Shown here: positions 51,317 to 59,900 of the stretch, one piece after another | Numbering within the stretch: position 1 is the first letter of the stretch | How the letters are laid out: each line of letters begins with the position of its first letter | Source: a bacterium | GTDB lineage: Bacteria; Patescibacteriota; Gracilibacteria; UBA1369; PNNO01 | Direction: 5' to 3' | DNA length: 62,398 nucleotides | Assembly: GCA_021158225.1 (NCBI GenBank) | Contig: JAGGUZ010000016.1 | Location: 1 to 62,398 of the forward strand | Position numbers and translations under genes: made by a program | The notes under the pieces: generated by a model | Seen by the model: only the letters and a program-made list of their open reading frames with translations | The model's database searches: none | What the model was told of the DNA's origin: nothing

Positions 51317-52183
51317 TTAAGCCAAACTGATTTGCTTTTTAAATTTAATAAAATTTTTAACATCTGTTTTCTCGATAATCCCAACAAGATTGTTGTTAAA
51401 AATTGCGGCGCAAATATCAATACCTTTTGGTAATTTTTTTTCTATAATCATCCCGTTACGAAGTTTTGAATATTCACGCTCCGTTAATATCACATGTTCC
51501 ATATCTACAACAGCTCTTCCTATTGGCAACAGATATTTCTCAACACCATTTTTCTCTATTTCTTCCAAAGTAAAGCTCCTATTATTCGAAAAATTTCCAA
51601 CAGAAGTTCTTGTTAAAGAAGACAAATAAGCCCCCACCCCCAGTTTTTCGCCTATATCATTTGCCAAAGACCTTATGTAAGTCCCCGTTCCACAATAAAT
51701 TTTCAGTTTGATTAAAGGATAACTATAATCTTCCAAATCAATTGAATATATAATGATTTTTCTCTTTTTCATTTTAATTTCTTCTCCAGCTCTAGCTCGC
51801 TTATAAGCCGGTTTTCCCCCCATTTTTAGAGCCGAATAAACAGGGGGGACTTGCTCTGTTTTTCCTATAAAAGAATTGATAACTTTTGAAACTCTTGCAT
51901 TGGATGGTTTTTGACTATCCCCTTCCAAAATCTCCCCTTCACTATCATATGTACTGGATCTTTTCCCAAGCAAAATCTCAGCTTCATATTTTTTATCGTG
52001 ATCCATCATAAATTCTATAAGTTTTGTCGCTTGCCCAATCGCAATAACTAAAACTCCTGTTGCCGATGGATCAAGCGTTCCTATATGCCCTATTTTTTTT
52101 ATACCTGTCTGTTTACGCAGGAAACGAATAACATCAAACGATGTCATCCCTTTCGGTTTGTAAATATTTATTAATCCGTCCAT
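51317..52183 (-). CDS. truB: tRNA pseudouridine(55) synthase
   Basis: KPKGMTSFD, GHIGTLDP.ATGVL, QVPPVYSA, GTYIRSL. Confidence 0.95.
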   Translation of the reverse strand: MDGLINIYKPKGMTSFDVIRFLRKQTGIKKIGHIGTLDPSATGVLVIAIGQATKLIEFMMDHDKKYEAEILLGKRSSTYDSEGEILEGDSQKPSNARVSKVINSFIGKTEQVPPVYSALKMGGKPAYKRARAGEEIKMKKRKIIIYSIDLEDYSYPLIKLKIYCGTGTYIRSLANDIGEKLGVGAYLSSLTRTSVGNFSNNRSFTLEEIEKNGVEKYLLPIGRAVVDMEHVILTEREYSKLRNGMIIEKKLPKGIDICAAIFNNNLVGIIEKTDVKNFIKFKKQISLA

Positions 52184-52185
52184 AT

Positions 52186-53535
52186 TTAGCCTTCAAGACA
52201 TATATTTTCTTTTGATTCTTTCTTCCCTGGTTCAATTTCAACAATAACTTCGCGACTAAGAAGTTCACGAACAACTTTTCTATCATCCCATGGGATTTTC
52301 TGCCCACCTATAATTTGAATTTCCTCACAACCCTTACCGGCAATTACCACTGTATCCCCTTTTTTAGCCATTGTTAAAGCAAGTCTAATAGCTTCATATC
52401 TATGTGGAATTTTCCATAACCAGTCCCCTTCCTTTCGTTTAATCCCTTCAGAGACATCTTCTATAATTTGCCATTCATCCTCATCGTAAGGATCATCATT
52501 CGTAAGAATAATCATATCGGCAAATTTATCCGCTATCGCACCCATTTTAGGTCTTTTTGCCTTATCTCTCCCTCCTCCTGTAGCTCCAAAAACAACAAAA
52601 AGTTTTCCGGGAGTTAATTTCTTATAAAGTTTCAATAATTTTTCAAGTGAATCTGAAGCATGAGCATAATCAACCACAATCCCATACGGCTGACCAAAAT
52701 CTAACGATTCAAGTCTTCCGGGAATCCCTTCTGCTTTTTCGAGCGCTCTTTTAATAAATGTTAAATTAATATTGTTGGCAAGTGCTGTAGTCGCGGCCGC
52801 AATACTGTTATAAACATTAAACTCACCGGATAAGTTTAAATTAATTTCAATTTGATGATTTGGAATATGCAAATTAAAAGTTGACCCACTAGAATGAAGC
52901 TTAATATCGGTCGCATAGCATGTCCCTTTTTTTAATCCATAAGTATATTTCCTATCAACAATAAATTGATCGAAAAAAGAATAATGAGGATCATCAATAT
53001 TAAGAACAGAAATTTTCGGTATATTTGGTTTTCTTCGTGATTTATTTAATCGCTTAAAAAGACCTCCCTTTGCTTCCAAGTAAAGTTGAAAACTTCCATG
53101 ATACTCTATGTGATCTTCAGTAACATTTGTAATAACGGCCGTATCAAAATTAATACCAAGAACGCGTGATTGAGTTATCGCATGTGAAGACACCTCTAGA
53201 ACACAATGTGTACATTTCTCCTTAACCATTCTTCTAAGAAGTTTTTGGAGAGTAAAAGGACTCATTGTAGTTTGCTTTGAAATATTAGTCCATTTATCGT
53301 CTCCAACTTGAAAATTTATTGTTGAAGCCATTCCCACTTTATATCCTGCTTCTTCAAGTATCATTGTAATAAGATTTACCGTAGTTGTTTTCCCATTAGT
53401 TCCCGTAACTCCAATTACATTCATATTTTTAGCGGGAAAACCATATACAAATACAGCTATAGCAGCTTTTATTTGATGATAAAAAAGTCTAAGAGGATTA
53501 GTGTCTGAAATAAGATTTTTAAGTTTACTGAGCAT
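52186..53535 (-). CDS. murE: UDP-MurNAc-tripeptide synthetase (Mur ligase)
   Basis: GVTGTNGKTT, EVSSH, TNVTEDH, PGRLE, VDYAH, GGGRD..KR, DDPYDE, AGKG; ATG 53535. Confidence 0.9.
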   Translation of the reverse strand: MLSKLKNLISDTNPLRLFYHQIKAAIAVFVYGFPAKNMNVIGVTGTNGKTTTVNLITMILEEAGYKVGMASTINFQVGDDKWTNISKQTTMSPFTLQKLLRRMVKEKCTHCVLEVSSHAITQSRVLGINFDTAVITNVTEDHIEYHGSFQLYLEAKGGLFKRLNKSRRKPNIPKISVLNIDDPHYSFFDQFIVDRKYTYGLKKGTCYATDIKLHSSGSTFNLHIPNHQIEINLNLSGEFNVYNSIAAATTALANNINLTFIKRALEKAEGIPGRLESLDFGQPYGIVVDYAHASDSLEKLLKLYKKLTPGKLFVVFGATGGGRDKAKRPKMGAIADKFADMIILTNDDPYDEDEWQIIEDVSEGIKRKEGDWLWKIPHRYEAIRLALTMAKKGDTVVIAGKGCEEIQIIGGQKIPWDDRKVVRELLSREVIVEIEPGKKESKENICLEG

Positions 53536-53920
53536 AATTTTTAAAATATTTATGAGCGACAAGAATGTCCGACTTGATTTGTTTTATTAAATCTTTCTCA
53601 CTTCTGAATTGTCTCACATCACGAATTTTTTTCAATAGCTTAACACGAGTAGACGCTCCATATACATTTTTATCAAATTTAAATATATGAATTTCACAAA
53701 AAATTTTTCTTTTATCAATTGTCCCAATCGACTTACTTCCATAGTGCATAACAGCTTCATAATTTTCTCCTTCAATTGAGACATTACAGACATAGACTCC
53801 AAATTCAATATCTTTATTAATATCAATAACTCGCAGATTAATAGTTGGATATCCAATAGCACTCCCCTTTTGAACACCTTTCTCAACTATTCCGTGAAAC
53901 TCTGATTTACTACTTGACAT
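53525..53920 (-). CDS. Stand-alone riboflavin kinase (RibF C-terminal domain only)
   Basis: G.V.KG...G..IGYPTINL, GVY, EIHIF.F....YG, IRD..F...L..QI..D. Confidence 0.85.
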   Translation of the reverse strand: MSSSKSEFHGIVEKGVQKGSAIGYPTINLRVIDINKDIEFGVYVCNVSIEGENYEAVMHYGSKSIGTIDKRKIFCEIHIFKFDKNVYGASTRVKLLKKIRDVRQFRSEKDLIKQIKSDILVAHKYFKNYAQ

Positions 53921-53942
53921 AAATATATTTTAGTATTATTAT
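53914..53942 (+). promoter_or_regulatory. sigma70 promoter for the small 53982 ORF; -35 overlaps the riboflavin kinase start codon
   Basis: TTGACA(53914-19)-17 bp-TATTAT(53937-42). Confidence 0.55.
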
Positions 53943-53981
53943 ATTTTTCAGCTATTTTTTATACACTTACAATACTATCAT

Positions 53982-54209
53982 ATGTCAGATAAACCCTGCC
54001 AAACTATAGGGGAATTGAGAGAACAAATAATAACCGGTTTGAAGGAACAAGGACTAACCGAAGAACAATTAAATAAGAAAAGGCTTGGAAGAAAAGTCCT
54101 AACATACTTAACTAGAAGAAGGCTACTGGTAAACGCAACATCGGAAATCATAAACGAGGCTATTATGAGTGTTTTAGCTTCCCCGCAAGAACAAGCATCA
54201 CAGCAATAA
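53982..54209 (+). CDS. Small helical hypothetical protein in opposite orientation to its neighbours
   Basis: 75 aa with an upstream consensus promoter; occupies an otherwise empty gap; 47-bp convergent overlap. Confidence 0.55.
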   Translation: MSDKPCQTIGELREQIITGLKEQGLTEEQLNKKRLGRKVLTYLTRRRLLVNATSEIINEAIMSVLASPQEQASQQ

Positions 54210-55569
54210 TCATCCAGAACAAAAAAGCAAGATCGTTCTTCCAGAATTGGACATCCACAAGCCCATGCAGAAGAATATAAATAAGCATCATCGAGACGGC
54301 AACCGTAATCTGACGCATTTCCGCCGAAAATAATGCGAATGTTTTTCTGATATGTATAAAAGTAAGCACTAAAAGCCATAAAAACGCCACAAATCCAGTA
54401 ATTCCTGTATTAAGCCACGTTTCCATATAAAGGTTATGAGAATGAAGTCTTTGCATCTCGTAAGGTTCATGCCCGAGTAATTCGGAAGCTCTATTTTTAT
54501 ATTCTTTTTCGTATTCTCCCAATCCAATTCCCAAAATTGGATGCTCTTTAATTAAAGAAGCTCCTACCTGCCATATTTCCAAACGCGTAGCAATAGAGGT
54601 ATGTTCATTAACCTTAATTAGATTTTGAAATTTCTCAACATTAAGTATTGCTACAAGTGTCGTCCCAAGCACAACCACAACGGTTATAAATACAATAAGT
54701 TTTGTTAAGAATCCCTTTGTATCTTTATTCTTCGCCTTAAATCTCTCGTAAATTATATAAGCAAAAATTGTTACAAAAACACCCACAACACCTCCATAAG
54801 ATTGGCTTAAAATAAGCGCAACAAATAAGATCGAGACAATCCCGCTTAAAAAAATACGCCTTTCAAAGGAGCCAAACCGGAAAGAAGCAGATTCAAACGC
54901 CCTGTGAACAAAAGTTTGCAATATCCTAACACTAACAAACACAAGGGCGGGAGCTATATACATAGCTAAGTAATTTGCCGAGCTAAAAGGTCCAGACACT
55001 CTTGAATCAACAGTAATGTATTGTCCCGATACAGCTTGAAACATACCTATTAGAGACAAGACAAACGCAGACCCAACATATGAATAAATAACAAGTTGCA
55101 GATCTTCTTTGGTTTTTACCGTTCTATATAAAATAAAGAAATAAATAATTGGGATTAAAATCCAACTCTTTAAAATACCAAGAGCATGTTTATAAGAATC
55201 GCTCGGAACAATTATTGAACCTATAAGTGCGGCGAAAATAAACAGTGTAATTGGAAGAAACGGCGAACCGAGAAACTCGCGGAAAGGCTTCTTCTTAACC
55301 AGAAAAGGGCTTTTTGCCAGATATAGCAATTTGGAAACTGTCCCCTTCTCCAATATTTCATGGTGCCCTGCAAACAATTTATAAAAAACCGGAACAGCTG
55401 AGATTAAAACGAGTAGTTCAATCAAATAAACGGGGATACTTGCTATATTAAATCTAATCAAATAAAGCGGGAAAAACAATGACAACAAAAGAACTGAAAT
55501 CTTTGCCGATTTATAAACGACAACAGACCAAATTAAACAGACCGCCAAAGGTAATATATAATCAGTCAT
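54163..55569 (-). CDS. O-antigen ligase (WaaL/Wzy_C) family polytopic membrane protein
   Basis: RVSGPF..ANYL, SQSYGG, TRLEIW, HPILGIG, HSHNLY...W...GI.G; ATG 55569. Confidence 0.85.
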   Translation of the reverse strand: MTDYILPLAVCLIWSVVVYKSAKISVLLLSLFFPLYLIRFNIASIPVYLIELLVLISAVPVFYKLFAGHHEILEKGTVSKLLYLAKSPFLVKKKPFREFLGSPFLPITLFIFAALIGSIIVPSDSYKHALGILKSWILIPIIYFFILYRTVKTKEDLQLVIYSYVGSAFVLSLIGMFQAVSGQYITVDSRVSGPFSSANYLAMYIAPALVFVSVRILQTFVHRAFESASFRFGSFERRIFLSGIVSILFVALILSQSYGGVVGVFVTIFAYIIYERFKAKNKDTKGFLTKLIVFITVVVVLGTTLVAILNVEKFQNLIKVNEHTSIATRLEIWQVGASLIKEHPILGIGLGEYEKEYKNRASELLGHEPYEMQRLHSHNLYMETWLNTGITGFVAFLWLLVLTFIHIRKTFALFSAEMRQITVAVSMMLIYILLHGLVDVQFWKNDLAFLFWMIIAVMLVLAGKLKHS

Positions 55570-56137
55570 TTTTCTTTTCCAATTCAATTAGACCGTAATC
55601 CCCATTCTGCCTTCTGTAAACAACAGAGAAAAGACCGGTATCATCATTAACAAATGCATAAAAATCATGACCCAGAAGTTCCATTTGCTCCGCAGCTTCT
55701 TGTTCTTTCATTGGTTCCAAGTCATTATATTTTTTTCTCCTGACGATTGAATCCGGATCAATTTCTTTTATGTTTTCTGTAGCAGTTTCAAGCGTTGATT
55801 CCGGAATCCACTGTCCTCCTTTATCTCTCCTATGCTTTTTTGTTTTGTATCTCTCAATTTGCTTTTTAAGTTTTTCCACAGCCAAATCAATTGTTTCTTC
55901 CACGGTAGATCCGTTTACCTCAGCCCTAATAACTGCACTAGGAACATACATCGTTATTTGAGTAACAATTTTTTCATCACCGGATTTTACCTTATTCTTT
56001 TTAACATCTACACGAACAATAGTAGCTTCATCGGCAACTCGTTCTTCATATTTCTTTAAATTATTAATTTTCTCTTCAAGATACTGTTTTTGATTGTCTC
56101 CAAGCGTAATTGATTGACTGAAAAGTTGTATTTTCAT
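55562..56137 (-). CDS. hpf: Ribosome hibernation promoting factor (long HPF)
   Basis: ID.A..KL.KQI.RYK.K; C-terminal PM..EA..QMELLGHDFY.F..VVYRR..G.YGLIE. Confidence 0.92.
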   Translation of the reverse strand: MKIQLFSQSITLGDNQKQYLEEKINNLKKYEERVADEATIVRVDVKKNKVKSGDEKIVTQITMYVPSAVIRAEVNGSTVEETIDLAVEKLKKQIERYKTKKHRRDKGGQWIPESTLETATENIKEIDPDSIVRRKKYNDLEPMKEQEAAEQMELLGHDFYAFVNDDTGLFSVVYRRQNGDYGLIELEKKND

Positions 56138-56173
56138 GGATAAGAAGTGATTAAAAGTATTAGAATTATAAGG

Positions 56174-56833
56174 CTACATAAGTCCCTTGGCAAGATCGGT
56201 TAAAATCTCATATGGATTATTGGCTTTTGTAACTCCAGAGGCAAGCAAAACTCCTGATGCGCCAAGCTGAATTGCTTTTTTAGTATCTTGTGAATTTTTT
56301 ACTCCGGCCCCAACAAGCAATTTTATATCGCCGACAAGAGAAACAGCCTTTGTAACGACTTCCGGTTTTGCACTTGAGATAGAGATATCTCCGCCAATTA
56401 ATTCCGGAGGTTCAACGGCAATGAAATCCGGATTAAATTCTGCTATTTTAGCAGCCACTTCAGGCGTATTTGCACATACACATGTAGTAAGACCAACATC
56501 TTTAGCCCTTGCAATAGAAGATGCAATAACATCAAACTCAAGCTGATGTTCGGCATGATTAAGAAGTGTTCCGTACGCCCCCGCCTGCTTTACAACTTCC
56601 GGCAAAATACTTCCCGTATGTGATCCATATGTAATCGGATCTACATGCTGAGCAAAAACCGGGATAGACACTTCTTGAGTAATACGATACAAATCAGTCG
56701 CCTGTACACAAATTGCAAAAGAAATTCCTGTTTCTCTTGCCACTTTATCATGGACTTTCGCTAATTCAAGAGCATTATCTCCTGTTGCAGACTCATATGT
56801 CTTAAAATTTACTATTACGGTTGGAAGTTGCAT
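56174..56833 (-). CDS. tpiA: Triosephosphate isomerase, archaeal-type short form
   Basis: 219 aa; VNFKTY, AQHVD..GSHTG, LLNHAE, AVEPPELIG, VGAGV, GVLLASGVTKA. Confidence 0.9.
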   Translation of the reverse strand: MQLPTVIVNFKTYESATGDNALELAKVHDKVARETGISFAICVQATDLYRITQEVSIPVFAQHVDPITYGSHTGSILPEVVKQAGAYGTLLNHAEHQLEFDVIASSIARAKDVGLTTCVCANTPEVAAKIAEFNPDFIAVEPPELIGGDISISSAKPEVVTKAVSLVGDIKLLVGAGVKNSQDTKKAIQLGASGVLLASGVTKANNPYEILTDLAKGLM

Positions 56834-56933
56834 TTTTTGTTTCTTAAAATAATTTTAATAACTCACCAACACTTTACTAAATTCCAACCGAAAAAAACAA
56901 GGCGTTTATCTGCAATAATACTTATACGGTTTG

Positions 56934-56962
56934 TTGACTTTAATCTTATTTCTTGATAAACT
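56934..56962 (+). promoter_or_regulatory. sigma70 promoter for the giant ORF
   Basis: TTGACT(56934-39)-17 bp-TAAACT(56957-62) with extended TG. Confidence 0.6.
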
Positions 56963-56995
56963 ACATAGATAAAAATAAAACTTAAATACAGAAAT

Positions 56996-59900
56996 ATGTT
57001 TCTCAAAAAATCAATGCATTTCTTAAATAATGTCTTTAAAAAAGAATTATTTATATGCGAATCCAAACCGGTTTATCTGTCTTTCCGTAACAATGAAACA
57101 AGAACCGAAAGAGTTGTTCCAAATGAAACAGTAAAAGATCGAATGTCATTAAATCGCAAAGCGATAAAAAAACTTAGAGAAGAACTAGCAAAGGGAAAAG
57201 AATATAAAAAAGGATTTGAAAAATATATTGGAAAGAAAATATTTAGAAATACATATAAAAAGAAATTAACAGAAAACGACACTATGAAGATGGGGATAGA
57301 TATGGTTGGAATACTGTTAAATTATTTGCCCAAAGAAAAAAATCGCAAAGAAACAAGTAATCGATATAATTTTATAACTCCTCTTCTCGAAGATATTTCC
57401 AAAATTGCAAGAAGTAACTTGAACATAATCAATCGATATATACCTATAAGTATCCAACTTGGACCCGGTAGTGTATTAGAATTTTACAATGATAAAAAGA
57501 AATTTAGTTTAAAATTCGATTTAGAATTGGACTCACCAAGGTTACAACTTATTCAAAGTCAGCTAGATCATCTCCAAAGATCAAAAGAAAGAAAAGCCCA
57601 AGTAAGAGAGCAAATTCACGCAAGAACAAGAACACAGCTTTCCGGAATGAGACAATCCATAAACCCATCGGCAGAATTTACAAATCAACTGATGAGGACA
57701 TCAAAAAGTCCATATCTAAAGAAAAAGGGTGATATATTTGTAATTGATTTTAAAGGAAAATCAAAACATATTGATAGAAAAGCGGAAAAACAAACTAAAA
57801 TACAAGACATACTTGATTTAAGCCGTTTGAATGGCGGGAATATGTATGTGCGTATTCATCTTGATGGCGTAAGTCCCAACGGTGTAAAACATAAATATTG
57901 GGCATATTATCATCCTACACAAAGAACATTTATAGTGGAGAGAACAACAAAAAGAGCAAGGGTATTTCATGGAACAAAAATAGATAAAATCGAATATAGA
58001 GTAGCTACACCAAAAAAGGCTACTATGCCAATAGTAGCTCCGAGTAGGAAACAAAAAAAGGCCCCTCGTATTAGTGAAAGTAGAAGACGCGCCGAAAGAC
58101 TTGGAAGAATTGAACGAAAAAACTGGGATAATTTTCATAGAAACCATGCCTATATTTTCAAAAACAAGCGTTTTTATGTTCCAAGATTCATTCAAGATGA
58201 CGATGATTTTAAGAACAACTGGGGAAGAATTGATGCGACCTTGGAAGGATCGCTTGCAAGACCTCCTTTTAACTTAAGAAGTACAAAAGCAAGAAGAAAA
58301 TATATACAAGATGTTATACAGGGAAATTCAATGTTTGATCTTAATAGTAGACTTTATGCGCAAGACTTCTTTGAAACGAAAGTTAATGGGAAAAACCTTT
58401 ATAAAGGTGGATATAAAAAGTTCTTAAAAGATTTCCATTCGGTCGATAAAAAAATGGCAAGACTCGGCATGGATTACCTACATCCGCGAAATGCTGAAGA
58501 AACAGACCTTGCTAAAAAATGGTCTAAATTACAATCAATAGCTTTCGGACTGGCAAGCGTTTTTAACGCACTGGGAAGATTAAGTATTCATCCAAAGCAA
58601 GCTGAAACAAATACAGACATATACAGAATTAAATTCCTTGGAATTAAACAAATCAGCGAAAGAGAAATGAAAAAACTTAGACCTCTTAAATACCACAGTT
58701 TGCAATCACTCCTTCATGGCAAGGAAAATGCTCCATCGGGAATTGATATTGGAGTAAGTAACAAAATACTAACAAATATCAAAGATATTGTCATAGACAA
58801 TGAAGCTCCAAATTTAAATATAAGAAAGCTATTAAAAGCGAAAGGTGGTTTAAAATTAATGTTTATGGCTTTCGGATTAAATAGCTTAATCGAAAGAGGA
58901 TGTGTTAAAAAGCTGGACGGCAAACACTATGTAATTGTTAGAATCCCAACAAATGGATGGAGTAACGCACTTTTAACAATAGAAAACAATAAAGCGAAAT
59001 TGTATGACCCATCAAGAGAGAACCTAAAAAAATGGGAAGAGGTTCGAGAATCAATAAATAATGGTAGACGTGCAAGAAATTTCATTCTTAAAATATTTAG
59101 ACCAAACGGATCTGAGGTAAAACAAAATATTAATTGGTGGAAAAAATTATGGCATTGGGATTTTAAAAATAAAAAGAAAATAACAATGGCCTATCTTGGA
59201 AAAATAACTTTAAATCCAAGCGACTTAGAGAAACATGTAGCCACCGATCGCGGATATTGGGATATGATGGAAAAAACTTCAAAACGAGTTGAAGGAACTT
59301 CTTTATATGAACCGCAAAAAGAGAAGGTTCTAAGATTATCCAACCAATATTTGGAATACGGATTACTGGCAACTTTTATGAACACAAGTCCGAAAAATCT
59401 AAAAGATGTTACTAACCAAATACTGCGAGATTTCGACATTGAAAACAAAGTACATTTAAAAACCCCTCTTAATAAGAAAGAAAATAGAATAGGAAACATT
59501 AAAGAAATACATAGAGCAATCTCGTTAAAAGGTTTAAATCCGGCATATCTTACAAATGCTCATATTAAAATGATTCGAATGGGATATGTACTTGGACGAC
59601 AAATTGAAACTGCAAGCAACTGGAGCGAAGTAATGAAAGATAATTTATCGACAAAACCTTTATATAGAAAAATTCAGTTAAAAGCTTTAAGAGACGGCTG
59701 TCCTATATATAAATTAAAGGAGGTTGAACAAAGAGTGCATCTTGCCATATTCGGACTTTCGCAAAGCATGCATGCTCCCGGTGTACACAACCTTAATGTA
59801 CGCGGAGGGGGCGGTGCCGTTGCAATTGATCTTGGAGAATGGGCCGGTCAAAAATGGCATATGAGCGTTGGAGCCGCCGGAGTAGATGGCAAATTCATGC

